From: the human T2T-CHM13v2.0 reference genome, Homo sapiens | Reading direction: 5' to 3' (one strand) | Assembly (NCBI RefSeq): GCF_009914755.1 | Contig: NC_060948.1 | Length of the DNA stretch: 64,000 nt | Shown here: positions 1-22,462 of the stretch, piece after piece | How the letters are laid out: each line of letters starts with the position of its first letter | Numbering within the stretch: position 1 is the first letter of the stretch | Notes under the pieces: model-generated | The model's input: only the letters and a program-made list of their open reading frames with translations | The model's database searches: none | What the model was told of the DNA's origin: nothing | Position numbers and translations under genes: made by a program

Positions 1-394
1 TATTTTTATACATATAACTAGATAAACATGTAATTCTACATATTTTCATTTATAATATGTAGAATTATATAATCATATATAATTATTTATATTCTATAAA
101 AAATTTTATCATTATATAAATTATAATATATAAAAACTATAATATGTACTACAAATATATATATTATATATCATATATGATATAGTACCTTTGTTATATA
201 TCATAATACATATAAATGTGTATTATGTTATCTATAATTATATAATTTCATATATAAGATGTATAATATGTATCATATATTATATATGTTATGTAATATA
301 CATAGTATATATAAGATGACACAGGATAAATATTATATACTATGACATATAAAATATATCAGGTTATATGTTACATATAAGGCATAGCACATAA

Positions 395-709
<315 letters not shown>

Positions 710-1278
710 AGATCCATATTTTTTAAATGAAAAAAAATTTCAAAGGTACTCTGCTTGGTACAATAATCAAATGTATAAACTGAGGAATAAAACATAACCA
801 TGAAACCTACTTATAACTGCATATGGAAAATACAGAGGATAATTTTTTAAATAACATATTTGAAAGCCTTAACTAGTAATTTGAAGAGCTGGCATTTGAA
901 AGGCCAGTATGAATATACCTTCAAAGCAGCAACACAGTTTCTCCAAGAGAAAAAGCAAACACAGGGAAAATAAAAACACAAAAGTTCAATCTCTTCTGAC
1001 CTTTGAAAGACACAGCACAGACAGTGGTCCTTAGGACGAAGAGCAGGAGACCCCTAATTCCGTCACCATGGCGATAGGGCATAAACATTGCTGGGTGAGG
1101 GCACAATCCACATTGTGAGGTCCAACTGCTGCCAGGAAGACAGGAGTGCTTTTACATAGACCGAAAGGTCATTGAAGGCTCAGAGTTTTGTTTCAAGAAC
1201 TGAATCCCAAGCCCACACGTTATTAGGCTGCGCTTCTTAAAGCAAGTTATGAGAAGGGAAAAAGGGCACCCACAAACA
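710..1278. repeat. HSATI-type non-Alu segment of the unit (representative copy; follows every Alu, ~570 bp)
   Basis: Mixed-composition segment without internal repeats (agatccatat...gggcacccacaaac), near-identical in all copies. The last copy is cut off by the window end. Its position matches the HSATI part of DYZ2. Boundaries are approximate. Confidence 0.8.
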
Positions 1279-3126
<1,848 letters not shown>

Positions 3127-5247
3127 AGATCCATATTTTTTAAATGAAAAAAAATTTCAAAGGTACTCTGCTTGGTACAATAATCAAATGTATAAACTGA
3201 GGAATAAAACATAACCATGAAACCTACTTATAACTGCATATGGAAAATACAGAGGATAATTTTTTAAATAACATATTTTGAAAGCCTTAACTAGTAATTT
3301 GAAGAGCTGGCATTTGAAAGGCCAGTATGAATATACCTTCAAAGCAGCAACACAGGTTCCCCATGAGAAAAAGCAAACACAGGGAAAATAAAAACACAAA
3401 GGTTCAATCTCTTCTGACCTTTGAAAGACACAGCACAGACAGTGGTCCTTAGGACGAAGAGCAGGAGACCCCTAATTCCGTCACCATGGCGATAGGGCAT
3501 AAACATTGCTGGGTGAGGGCACAATCCACATTGTGAAGTCCAACTGCTGCCAGGAAGACAGGAGTGCTTTTACATAGAACGAAAGGTCATTGAAGGCTCA
3601 GAGTTTTGTTTCAAGAACTGAATCCCAAGCCCACACGTTATTAGGCTGCGCTTCTTTAAACAAGTTATGAGATGGGAAAAAGGGCACCCACAAACATACG
3701 TATATATTATGTATATAATAATATACAGTATCATATATATAATATATATAACCTATGTATAATATTGTTTTACATCCTGCATCTTATGTTATATATATTG
3801 TATAAAATATAATAATTGATAATATCTAAGTTTTATATTTATACAATATGACATATAGTATATATTATAATTTATGACATATATAATATATGTTATATAT
3901 CATATATAGAATATATTATACGGTTAATATACGTATTAAATATAAATTATACATTATATATATTATATATAATATATCTGTTATATATAATACCCATTAT
4001 GCATAATATATATATTATGTCTATGTTATATATAGTATAAAACAACATATAATTATATATAATTGTATATATAAAATGCGACATATAATATATATTATAT
4101 TTTATAACATATGTAATATATATTATATATAATACGTTGTATGTATAATACCTATATTAAATATATATTATATGACTATGTTATTAATTACATGTCACAT
4201 GTGTTATATATTATATATTTTACATAGAATATACCGGTTACATACAATATATACTATGTTACCTATAATGTATAATTTTTTACATGTAAAATAAAGAATG
4301 CAATATATTATGTAAAATTTATAATATACCATATGTGGAATGTGATATATATAAAATATAATATATGATATATGATATACAGTATATGATATATAACATA
4401 CAATATATGATTCCTAATATATATGGTATACAATATATATTTTATGATATGTATTCTATATGTTTTATATTCTGTTATATATAACTATTTGAAATTATAT
4501 ATAACTGTATAATATTTTATGTAAATATGTAATATAATATATATAACTATATAATATATTATATATAACTATATATAATGTTATATATACTTTTATAACA
4601 TAATTTACATAAAATATCAAAATATAATATATATTATATTATTTCATATTACATAATATATATTACATATCACCCAATATAACTAACATACATAATATTA
4701 TAATATAGATTATATTGTGTTATATTAAATATCATATATATCATGTATCATATATTCTATAATATATATTACACATTATATATTATGTATGTTGTCTATT
4801 ATGTGATATATATAACTATATATATAATTATATTTTTATACATATAACTAGATAAACATGTAATTCTACATATTTTCATTTATAATATGTAGAATTATAT
4901 AATCATATATAATTATTAATATTCTATAAAAAATTTTATCATTATATAAATTATAATATATAAAAATTATAATATGTACTACAAATATATATATTATATA
5001 TCATATATGCAATAGTACCTTTGTTATATATCATAATACATATAAATGTGTATTATGTTATCTATAATTATATAATTTCATATATAAGTTGTATAATATG
5101 TAACATATATTATATATGTTATGTAATATATATAGTATATATAAGATGACACAGGATAAATATTATATACTATGACATATAAAATATATGAGGTTATATG
5201 TTACATATAAGGCATAGCACATAACATGTAATATATATCATATATAA

Positions 5248-5539
5248 TTTTTTTTTAGACAGAATCTTGTCCTGTTGCACAGGGTGGGGTACAATGGCGC
5301 CATCTTTGCTCACTGCAACTTCTGCCTCACGGTTCCAAGCGATTGTCCTCCCTCAGCCTCCCAGGTAGCTGGGACTACACCACACTGGGACTACACCAGC
5401 TGCCACCATGCCTAGCTAATTTTTTGGATTTTTAGTAGTGACAGCGTTTCACTGTATTGGCCAGGATGGTCTTGATCTCTTCACCTTGTGATCCCCTTGC
5501 CTTGGCCTCCAAATTTGCTGGGATTACAGGCCTGAGCCA
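5248..5539 (-). mobile_element. Alu remnant, unit 3
   Basis: Tandem copy of the unit-1 Alu. Confidence 0.95.
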
Positions 5540-7637
5540 AGATCCATATTCTTTAAATGAAAAAAAATTTCAAAGGTACTCTGCTTGGTACAATAATCAA
5601 ATGTATAAACTGAGGAATAAAACATAACCATGAAACCTACTTATAACTGCATATGGAAAATACAGAGGATAATTTTTTAAATAACAAATTTTGAAAGCCT
5701 TAACTAGTAATTTGAAGAGCTGGCATTTGAAAGGCCAGTATGAATATACCTTCAAAGCAGCAACACAGGTTCCCCATGAGAAAAAGCAAACACAGGGAAA
5801 GTAAAAACACAAAGGTTCAATCTCTTCTGACCTTTGAAAGACACAGCACAGACAGTGGTCCTTAGGACGAAGAGCAGGAGACCCCTAATTCCGTCACCAT
5901 GGCGATAGGGCATAAACATTGCTGGGTGAGGGCACAATCCACATTGTGAGGTCCAACTGCTGCCAGGAAGACAGGAGTGCTTTTACATAGACCGAAAGGT
6001 CATTGAAGGCTCAGAGTTTTGTTTCAAGAACTGAATCCCAAGCCCACACGTTATTAGGCTGCGCTTCTTAAAACAAGTTATGAGATGGGAAAAAGGGCAC
6101 CCACAAACATACGTATACATTATGTATATAATAATATAGAGTGTCATATATATAATATATATAACCTATGTATAATATTGTTTTACATCCTGCATCTTAT
6201 GTTATATATATTGTATAAAATATAATAATTGATAATATATAAGTTTTATATTTATACAATATGACATATAGTATATATTATAATTTATGACATATATAAT
6301 ATATGTTATATATCATATATAGAATATATTATACGGTTAATATACGTATTAAATATAAATTATACATTATATATATTATATATAATATATCTGTTATATA
6401 TAATACCCATTATGCATAATATATATATTATGTCTATGTTATATATAGTATAAAACAACATATAATAATATATAATTGTATATATAAAATGCGACATATA
6501 ATATATATTATATTTTATAACATATGTAATATATATTATATATAATACGTTGTATGTATAATACCTATATTAAATATATATTATATGACTATGTTATTAA
6601 TTACATGTCACATGTGTTATATATTATATATTTTACATAGAATATACCGGTTACATACAATATATACTATGTTACCTATAATGTATAATTTTTTACATGT
6701 AAAATAAAGAATGCAATATATTATGTAAAATTTATAATATACCATATGTGGAATGTGATATATATAACATATAATATATGATATATGATATACAGTATAT
6801 GATATATAACATACAATATATGATTCCTAATATATATGGTATACAATATATATTTTATGATATGTATTCTATATGTTTTATATTCTGTTATATATAACTA
6901 TTTGAAATTATATATAACTGTATAGTATTTTATGTAAATATGTAATATAATATATATAACTATATAATATATTATATATAACTATATATAATGTTATATA
7001 TACTTTTATAACATAATTTACATAAAATATCATAATATAATATATATTATATTATTTCATATTACATAATATATATTACATATCACCCAATATAACTAAC
7101 ATACATAATATTATAATATAGATTATATTGTGTTATATTAAATATCATATATATCATGTATCATATATTCTATAATATATATTACACATTATATATTATG
7201 TATGTTGTCTATTATGTGATATATATAACTATATATATAATTATATTTTTATACATATAACTAGATAAACATGTAATTCTACATATTTTCATTTATAATA
7301 TGTAGAATTATATAATCATATATAATTATTTATATTCTATAAAAAATTTTATCATTATATAAATTATAATATATAAAAATTATAATATGTACTACAAATA
7401 TATATATTATATATCATATATGCAATAGTACCTTTGTTATATATCATAATACATATAAATGTGTATTATGTTATCTATAATTATATAATTTCATATATAA
7501 GTTGTATAATATGTAACATATATTATATATGTTATGTAATATATATAGTATATATAAGATGACACAGGATAAATATTATATACTATGACATATAAAATAT
7601 ATGAGGTTATATGTTACATATAAGGCATAGCACATAA

Positions 7638-7952
<315 letters not shown>

Positions 7953-10057
7953 AGATCCATATTCTTTAAATGAAAAAAAATTTCAAAGGTACTCTGCTTG
8001 GTACAATAATCAAATGTATAAACTGAGGAATAAAACATAACCATGAAACCTACTTATAACTGCATATGGAAAATACAGAGGATAATTTTTTAAATAACAT
8101 ATTTTGAAAGCCTTAACTAGTAATTTGAAGAGCTGGCATTTGAAAGGCCAGTATGAATATACCTTCAAAGCAGCAACACAGGTTCCCCATGAGAAAAAGC
8201 AAACACAGGGAAAGTAAAAACACAAAGGTTCAATCTCTTCTGACCTTTGAAAGACACAGCACAGACAGTGGTCCTTAGGACGAAGAGCAGGAGACCCCTA
8301 ATTCCGTCACCATGGCGATAGGGCATAAACATTGCTGGGTGAGGGCACAATCCACATTGTGAGGTCCAACTGCTGCCAGGAAGACAGGAGTGCTTTTACA
8401 TACACCGAAAGGTCATTGAAGGCTCAGAGTTTTGTTTCAAGAACTGAATCCCAAGCCCACACGTTATTAGGCTGCGCTTCTTAAAACAAGTTATGAGATG
8501 GGAAAAAGGGCACCCACAAACATACGTATACATTATGTATATAATAATATACAGTATCATATATATAATATATATAACCTATGTATAATATTGTTTTACA
8601 TCCTGCATCTTATGTTATATAAATTGTATAAAATATAATAATTGATAATATATAAGTTTTATAATTATACAATAAGACATATAGTATATATTATAATTTA
8701 TGACATATGTAATATATGTTATATCTCATATATAGATTATATTATACGGTTAATATACGTATTAAATATAAATTATACATTATATATATTATATATAATA
8801 TATCTGTTATATATAATACCCATTATGCATAATATATATATTATGTCTATGTTATATATAGTATAAAACAACATATAATAATATATAATTGTATATATAA
8901 AATGCGACATATAATATATATTATATTTTATAACATATGTAATATATATTATATATTATATATAATATGTTGTATGTATAATACCTATATTAAATATATA
9001 TTATATGACTATGTTATTAATTACATGTCACATGTGTTATATATTATATATTTTACATAGAATATACCGGTTACATACAACATATACTATGTTACCTATA
9101 ATGTATAATTTATTACATGTAAAATAAAGAATGCAATATATTATGTATAATTTATAATATACCATATGTGGAATGTGATATATATAACATATAATATATG
9201 ATATATGATATACAGTATATGATATATAACATACAATATATGATTCCTAATATATATGGTATACAATATATATTTTATGATATGTATTCTATATGTTTTA
9301 TATTCTGTTATATATAACTATTTGAAATTATATATAACTGTATAATATTTTATGTAAATATGTAATATAATATATATAACTATATAATATATTATATATA
9401 ACTATATATTATATTATATATACTTTTATAACATAATTTACATAAAATATCATAATATAATATATATTATATTATTTCATATTATATAATACATATTACA
9501 TATCACCCAATATAACTAACATACATAATATTATAATATAGATTATATTATGTTATATTAAATATCATATATATCATGTATCATATATTCTATAATATAT
9601 ATTACACATTATATAATATGTATGTTGTCTATTATGTGATATATATAACTATATATATAATTATATTTTTATACATATAACTAGATAAACCTGTAATTCT
9701 ACATATTTTCACTTATAATATGTAGAATTATATAATCATATATAATTATTTATATTCTATAAAAAATTTTATCATTATATAAATTATAATATATAAAAAT
9801 TATAATATGTACTACAAATATATATATTATATATCATATATGCTATAGTACCTTTGTTATATATCATAATACATATAAATGTGTATTATGTTATCTATAA
9901 TTATATAATTTCATATATAAGTTTTATAATATGTATCATATATTATATATGTTATGTAATATATATAGTATATATAAGATGACACAGGATAAATATTATA
10001 TACTATGACATATAAAATATATGAGGTTATATGTTACATATAAGACATAGCACATAA

Positions 10058-10372
<315 letters not shown>

Positions 10373-12477
10373 AGATCCATATTTTTTAAATGAAAAGAAA
10401 TTTCAAAGGTACTCTGCTTGGTACAATAATCAAATGTATAAACTGAGGAATAAAACATAACCATGAAACCTACTTATAACTGCATATGGAAAATACAGAG
10501 GATAATTTTTTAAATAACATATTTTGAAAGCCTTAACTAGTAATTTGAAGAGTTGGCATTTGAAAGGCCAGTATGAATATACCTTCAAAGCAGCAACACA
10601 GGTTCCCCATGAGAAAAAGCAAACACAGGGAAAATAAAAACACAAAGGTTCAATCTCTTCTGACCTTTGAAAGACACAGCACAGACAGTGGTCCTTAGGA
10701 CGAAGAGCAGGAGACCCCTAATTCTGTCACCATGGCCATAGGGCATAAACATTGCTGGGTGAGGGCACAATCCACATTGTGAGGTCCAACTGCTGCCAGG
10801 AAGACAGGAGTGCTTTTACATAGACCGAAAGGTCATTGAAGGCTCAGAGTTTTGTTCCAAGAACTGAATCCCAAGCCCACACGTTATTAGGCTGCGCTTC
10901 TTAAAACAAGTTATGAGATGGGAAAAAGGGCACCCACAAACATACGTATACATTATGTATATAATAATATACAGTATCATATATATAATATATATAACCT
11001 ATGTATAATATTGTTTTACATCCTGCATCTTATGTTATATATATTGTATAAAATATAATAATTGATAATATATAAGTTTTATAATTATACAATATGACAT
11101 ATAGTATATATTATAATTTATGACATATATAATATATGTTATATGTCATATATAAAATATATTATACGGTTAATATACGTATTAAATATAAATTATACAT
11201 TCTATATATTATATATAATATATCTGTTATATATAATACCCATTATGCATAATATATATATTATGTCTATGTTATATATAGTATAAAACAACATATAATA
11301 ATATATAATTGTATATATAAAATGCGACACATAATATATATTATATTTTATAACATATGTAATATATATTATATATTATATATAATACGTTGTATGTATA
11401 ATACCTATATTAAATATATATTATATGACTATGTTATTAATTACATGTCACATTTGTTATATATTATATATTTTACATAGAATATACCGGTTACATACAA
11501 TATATACTATGTTACCTATAATGTATTATTTATTACATGTAAAATAAAGAATGCAATATATTATGTATAATTTATAATATACCATATGTGGAATGTCATA
11601 TATATAACATATAATATATGATATATGATATACAGTATATGATATATAACATACAATATATGATTCCTAATACATATGGTATACAATATATATTTTATGA
11701 TATGTATTCTATATGTTTTATATTCTGTTATATATAACTATTTGAAATTATATATAACTGTATAATATTTTATGTAAATATGTATTATAATATATATAAC
11801 TATATAATATATTATATATAACTATATATTATGTTATATATACTTTTATAACATAATTTACATAAAATATCATAATATAATATATATTATATTATTTCAT
11901 ATTACATAATATATATTACATATCACCCAATATAACTAACATACATAATATTGTAATATAGATTATATTGTGTTATATTAAATATCATATATATCATGTA
12001 TCATATATTCTATAATATATATTACACATTATATATTATGTATGTTGTCTATTATGTGATATATATAACTATATATATAATTATATTTTTATACATATAA
12101 CTAGATAAACATGTAATTCTACATATTTTCATTTATAATATGTAGAATTATATAATCATATATAATTATTTATATTCTATAAAAAATTTTATCATTATAT
12201 AAATTATAATATATAAAAATTATAATATGTACTACAAATATATATATTATATAATATATATGCAATAGTACCTTTGTTATATATCATAATACATATAAAT
12301 GTGTATTATGTTATCTATAATTATATAATTTCATATATAAGTTGTATAATATGTAACATATATTATATATGTTATGTAATATATATAGTATATATAAGAT
12401 GACACAGGATAAATATTATATACTATGACATATAAAATATATGAGGTTATATGTTACATATAAGGCATAGCACATAA

Positions 12478-12792
<315 letters not shown>

Positions 12793-14897
12793 AGATCCAT
12801 ATTCTTTAAATGAAAAAAAATTTCAAAGGTACTCTGCTTGGTACAATAATCAAATGTATAAACTGAGGAATAAAACATAACCATGAAACCTACTTATAAC
12901 TGCATATGGAAAATACAGAGGATAATTTTTTAAATAACATATTTTGAAAGCCTTAACTAGTAATTTGAAGAGCTGGCATTTGAAAGGCCAGTATGAATAT
13001 ACCTTCAAAGCAGCAACACAGGTTCCCCATGAGAAAAAGCAAACACAGGGAAAGTAAAAACACAAAGGTTCAATCTCTTCTGACCTTTGAAAGACACAGC
13101 ACAGACAGTGGTCCTTAGGACGAAGAGCAGGAGACCCCTAATTCCGTCACCATGGCGATAGGGCAGAAACATTGCTGGGTGAGGGCACAATCCACATTGT
13201 GAGGTCCAACTGCTGCCAGGAAGACAGGAGTGCTTTTACATAGACCGAAAGGTCATTGAAGGCTCAGAGTTTTGTTTCAAGAACTGAATCCCAAGCCCAC
13301 ACGTTATTAGGCTGCGCTTCTTTAAACAAGTTATGAGATGGGAAAAAGGGCACCCACAAACATACGTATACATTATGTATATAATAATATACAGTATCAT
13401 ATATATAATATATATAACCTATGTATAATATTGTTTTACATCCTGCATCTTATGTTATATATATTGTATAAAATATAATAATTGATAATATATAAGTTTT
13501 ATATTTATACAATATGACATATAGTATATATTATAATTTATGACATATATAATATATGTTATATATCATATATAGAATATATTATACGGTTAATATACGT
13601 ATTAAATATAAATTATACATTATATATATTATATATAATATATCTGTTATATATAATACCCATTATGCATAATATATATATTATGTCTATGTTATATATA
13701 GTATAAAACAACATATAATAATATATAATTGTATATATAAAATGCGACATATAATATATATTATATTTTATGACATATGTAATATATATTATATATTATA
13801 TATAATACGTTGTATGTATAATACCTATATTAAATATATATTATATGACTATGTTATTAATTACATGTCACATGTGTTATATATTATTTATTTTACATAG
13901 AATATACCGGTTACATACAATATATACTATGTTACCTATAATGTATAATTTATTACATGTAAAATAAAGAATGCAATATATTATGTATAATTTATAATAT
14001 ACCATATGTGGAATGTGATATATATAACATATAATATATGATATATGATATACAGTATATGATATATAACATACAATATATGATTCCTAATATATATGGT
14101 ATACTATATATATTTTATGATATATATTCTATATGTTTTATATTCTGTTATATATAACTATTTGAAATTATATATAACTGTATAATATTTTATGTAAATA
14201 TGTAATATAATATATATAACTATATAATATATTATATATAACTATATATTATGTTATATATACTTTTATAACATAATTTACCTAAAATATCATAATATAA
14301 TATATATTATATTATTTCATATTACATAATATATATTACATATCACCCAATATAACTAACATACATAATATTATAATATAGATTATATTGTGTTATATTA
14401 AATATCATATATATCATGTATCATATATTCTATAATATATATTACACATTATATAATATGTATGTTGTCTATTATGTGATATATATAACTATATATATAA
14501 TTATATTTTTATACATATAACTAGATAAACATGTAATTCTACATATTTTCATTTATAATATGTAGAATTATATAATCATATATAATTATTTATATTCTAT
14601 AAAAAATTTTACCTTTATATAAATTATAATATATAAAAATTATAATATGTACTTCAAATATATATATTATATATCATATATGCTATAGTACCTTTGTTAT
14701 ATATCATAATACATATAAATGTGTATTATGTTATCTATAATTATATAATTTCATATATAAGTTGTATAATATGTATCATATATTATATATGTTATGTAAT
14801 ATATATAGTATATATAAGATGACACAGGATAAATATTATATACTATGACATATAAAATATATGAGGTTATATGTTACATATAAGGCATAGCACATAA

Positions 14898-15212
<315 letters not shown>

Positions 15213-17312
15213 AGATCCATATTTTTTAAATGAAAAAAAATTTCAAAGGTACTCTGCTTGGTATAATAATCAAATGTATAAACTGAGGAATAAAACATAA
15301 CCATGAAACCTACTTATAACTGCATATGGAAAATACAGAGGATAATTTTTTAAATAACAAATTTTGAAAGCCTTAACTAGTAATTTGAAGAGCTGGCATT
15401 TGAAAGGCCAGTATGAATATACCTTCAAAGCAGCAACACAGGTTCCCCATGAGAAAAAGCAAACACAGGGAAAGTAAAAACACAAAGGTTCAATCTCTTC
15501 TGACCTTTGAAAGACACAGCACAGACAGTGGTCCTTAGGACGAAGAGCAGGAGACCCCTAATTCCGTCACCATGGCGATAGGGCATAAACATTGCTGGGT
15601 GAGGGCACAATCCACATTGTGAGGTCCAACTGCTGCCAGGAAGACAGGAGTGCTTTTACATAGACCGAAAGGTCATTGAAGGCTCAGAGTTTTGTTTCAA
15701 GAACTGAATCCCAAGCCCACACGTTATTAGGCTGCGCTTCTTAAAACAAGTTATGAGATGGGAAAAAGGGCACCCACAAACATACGTATACATTATGTAT
15801 ATAATAATATAGAGTGTCATATATATAATATATATAACCTATGTATAATATTGTTTTACATCCTGCATCTTATGTTATATATATTGTATAAAATATAATA
15901 ATTGATAATATATAAGTTTTATATTTATACAATATGACATATAGTATATATTATAATTTATGACATATATAATATATGTTATATATCATATATAGAATAT
16001 ATTATACGGTTAATATACGTATTAAATATAAATTATACATTATATATATTATATATAATATATCTGTTATATATAATACCCATTATGCATAATATATATA
16101 TTATGTCTATGTTATATATAGTATAAAACAACATATAATAATATATAATTGTATATATAAAATGCGACATATAATATATATTATATTTTATAACATATGT
16201 AATATATATTATATATAATACGTTGTATGTATAATACCTCTATTAAATATATATTATATGACTATGTTATTAATTACATGTCACATGTGTTATATATTAT
16301 ATATTTTACATAGAATATACCGGTTACATACAATATATACTATGTTACCTATAATGTATAATTTTTTACATGTAAAATAAAGAATGCAATATATTATGTA
16401 AAATTTATAGTATACCATATGTGGAATGTGATATATATAAAATATAATATATGTTATATATGATATACAGTATATGATATATAACATACAATATATGATT
16501 CCTAATATATATGGTATACAATATATATTTTATGATATGTATTCTATATGTTTTATATTCTGTTATATATAACTATTTGAAATTATATATAACTGTATAA
16601 TATTTTATGTAAATATGTAATATAATATATATAACTATATAATATATTATATATAACTATATATAATGTTATATATACTTTTATAACATAATTTACATAA
16701 AATATCATAATATAATATATATTATATTATTTCATATTACATAATATATATTACATATCACCCAATATAACTAACATACATAATATTATAATATAGATTA
16801 TATTGTGTTATATTAAATATCATATATATCATGTATCATATATTCTATAATATATATTACACATTATATAATATGTATGTTGTCTATTATGTGATATATA
16901 TAACTATATATATAATTATATTTTTATACATATAACTAGATAAACATGTAATTCTACATATTTTCATTTATAATATGTAGAATTATATAATCATATATAA
17001 TTATTTATATTCTATAAAAAATTTTATCATTATATAAATTATAATATATAAAAATTATAATATGTACTACAAATATATATATTATATATCATATATGCTA
17101 TAGTACCTTTGTTATATATCATAATACATATAAATGTGTATTATGTTATCTATAATTATATAATTTCATATATAAGATGTATAATATGTATCATATATTA
17201 TATATGTTATGTAATATATATAGTATATATAAGATGACACAGGATAAATATTATATACTATGACATATAAAATATATGAGGTTATATGTTACATATAAGG
17301 CATAGCACATAA

Positions 17313-17627
<315 letters not shown>

Positions 17628-19727
17628 AGATCCATATTTTTTAAATGAAAAAAAATTTCAAAGGTACTCTGCTTGGTACAATAATCAAATGTATAAACTG
17701 AGGAATAAAACATAACCATGAAACCTACTTATAACTGCATATGGAAAATACAGAGGATAATTTTTTAAATAACATATTTTGAAAGCCTTAACTAGTAATT
17801 TGAAGAGCTGGCATTTGAAAGGCCAGTATGAATATACCTTCAAAGCAGCAACACAGGTTCCCCATGAGAAAAAGCAAACACAGGGAAAATAAAAACACAA
17901 AGGTTCAATCTCTTCTGACCTTTGAAAGACACAGCACAGACAGTGGTCCTTAGGACGAAGAGCAGGAGACCCCTAATTCCGTCACCATGGCGATAGGGCA
18001 TAAACATTGCTGGGTGAGGGCACAATCCACATTGTGAGGTCCAACTGCTGCCAGGAAGACAGGAGTGCTTTTACATAGACCGAAAGGTCATTGAAGGCTC
18101 AGAGTTTTGTTTCAAGAACTGAATCCCAAGCCCACACGTTATTAGGCTGCGCTTCTTAAAACAAGTTATGAGATGGGAAAAAGGGCACCCACAAACATAC
18201 GTATACATTATGTATATAATAATATAGAGTGTCATATATATAATATATATAACCTATGTATAATATTGTTTTACATCCTGCATCTTATGTTATATATATT
18301 GTATAAAATATAATAATTGATAATATATAAGTTTTATATTTATACAATATGACATATAGTATATATTATAATTTATGACATATATAATATATGTTATATA
18401 TCATATATAGAATATATTATACGGTTAATATACGTATTAAATATAAATTATACATTATATATATTATATATAATATATCTGTTATATATAATACCCATTA
18501 TGCATAATATATATATTATGTCTATGTTATATATAGTATAAAACAACATATAATAATATATAATTGTATATATAAAATGCGACATATAATATATATTATA
18601 TTTTATAACATATGTAATATATATTATATATAATACGTTGTATGTATAATACCTCTATTAAATATATATTATATGACTATGTTATTAATTACATGTCACA
18701 TGTGTTATATATTATATATTTTACATAGAATATACCGGTTACATACAATATATACTATGTTACCTATAATGTATAATTTTTTACATGTAAAATAAAGAAT
18801 GCAATATATTATGTAAAATTTATAGTATACCATATGTGGAATGTGATATATATAAAATATAATATATGTTATATATGATATACAGTATATGATATATAAC
18901 ATACAATATATGATTCCTAATATATATGGTATACAATATATATTTTATGATATGTATTCTATATGTTTTATATTCTGTTATATATAACTATTTGAAATTA
19001 TATATAACTGTATAATATTTTATGTAAATATGTAATATAATATATATAACTATATAATATATTATATATAACTATATATAATGTTATATATACTTTTATA
19101 ACATAATTTACATAAAATATCATAATATAATATATATTATATTATTTCATATTACATAATATATATTACATATCACCCAATATAACTAACATACATAATA
19201 TTATAATATAGATTATATTGTGTTATATTAAATATCATATATATCATGTATCATATATTCTATAATATATATTACACATTATATAATATGTATGTTGTCT
19301 ATTATGTGATATATATAACTATATATATAATTATATTTTTATACATATAACTAGATAAACATGTAATTCTACATATTTTCATTTATAATATGTAGAATTA
19401 TATAATCATATATAATTATTTATATTCTATAAAAAATTTTATCATTATATAAATTATAATATATAAAAATTATAATATGTACTACAAATATATATATTAT
19501 ATATCATATATGCTATAGTACCTTTGTTATATATCATAATACATATAAATGTGTATTATGTTATCTATAATTATATAATTTCATATATAAGATGTATAAT
19601 ATGTATCATATATTATATATGTTATGTAATATATATAGTATATATAAGATGACACAGGATAAATATTATATACTATGACATATAAAATATATGAGGTTAT
19701 ATGTTACATATAAGGCATAGCACATAA

Positions 19728-20042
<315 letters not shown>

Positions 20043-22147
20043 AGATCCATATTTTTTAAATGAAAAAAAATTTCAAAGGTACTCTGCTTGGTACAATAAT
20101 CAAATGTATAAACTGAGGAATAAAACATAACCATGAAACCTACTTATAACTGCATATGGAAAATACAGAGGATAATTTTTTAAATAACATATTTTGAAAG
20201 CCTTAACTAGTAATTTGAAGAGCTGGCATTTGAAAGGCCAGTATGAATATACCTTCAAAGCAGCAACACAGGTTCCCCATGAGAAAAAGCAAACACAGGG
20301 AAAATAAAAACACAAAGGTTCAATCTCTTCTGACCTTTGAAAGACACAGCACAGACAGTGGTCCTTAGGACGAAGAGCAGGAGACCCCTAATTCCGTCAC
20401 CATGGCGATAGGGCATAAACATTGCTGGGTGAGGGCACAATCCACATTGTGAGGTCCAACTGCTGCCAGGAAGACAGGAGTGCTTTTACATAGACCGAAA
20501 GGTCATTGAAGGCTCAGAGTTTTGTTTCAAGAACTGAATCCCAAGCCCACACGTTATTAGGCTGCGCTTCTTTAAACAAGTTATGAGATGGGAAAAAGGG
20601 CACCCACAAACATACGTATACATTATGTATATAATAATATACAGTATCATATATATAATATATATAACCTATGTATAATATTGTTTTACATCCTGCATCT
20701 TATGTTATATATATTGTATAAAATATAATAATTGATAATATATAAGTTTTATATTTATACAATATGACATATAGTATATATTATAATTTATGACATATAT
20801 AATATATGTTATATATCATATATAGAATATATTATACGGTTAATATACGTATTAAATATAAATTATACATTATATATATTATATATACTATATCTGTTAT
20901 ATATAATACCCATTATGCATAATATATATATTATGTCTATGTTATATATAGTATAAAACAACATATAATAATATATAATTGTATATATAAAATGCGACAT
21001 ATAATATATATTATATTTTATGACATATGTAATATATATTATATATTATATATAATACGTTGTATGTATAATACCTATATTAAATATATATTATATGACT
21101 ATGTTATTAATTACATGTCACATGTGTTATATATTATTTATTTTACATAGAATATACCGGTTACATACAATATATACTATGTTACCTATAATGTATAATT
21201 TATTACATGTAAAATAAAGAATGCAATATATTATGTATAATTTATAATATACCATATGTGGAATGTGATATATATAACATATAATATATGATATATGATA
21301 TACAGTATATGATATATAACATACAATATATGATTCCTAATATATATGGTATACTATATATATTTTATGATATATATTCTATATGTTTTATATTCTGTTA
21401 TATATAACTATTTGAAATTATATATAACTGTATAATATTTTATGTAAATATGTAATATAATATATATAACTATATAATATATTATATATAACTATATATT
21501 ATGTTATATATACTTTTATAACATAATTTACCTAAAATATCATAATATAATATATATTATATTATTTCATATTACATAATATATATTACATATCACCCAA
21601 TATAACTAACATACATAATATTATAATATAGATTATATTGTGTTATATTAAATATCATATATATCATGTATCATATATTCTATAATATATATTACACATT
21701 ATATAATATGTATGTTGTCTATTATGTGATATATATAACTATATATATAATTATATTTTTATACATATAACTAGATAAACATGTAATTCTACATATTTTC
21801 ATTTATAATATGTAGAATTATATAATCATATATAATTATTTATATTCTATAAAAAATTTTATCTTTATATAAATTATAATATATAAAAATTATAATATGT
21901 ACTTCAAATATATATATTATATATCATATATGCTATAGTACCTTTGTTATATATCATAATACATATAAATGTGTATTATGTTATCTATAATTATATAATT
22001 TCATATATAAGTTGTATAATATGTATCATATATTATATATGTTATGTAATATATATAGTATATATAAGATGACACAGGATAAATATTATATACTATGACA
22101 TATAAAATATATGAGGTTATATGTTACATATAAGGCATAGCACATAA

Positions 22148-22462
<315 letters not shown>

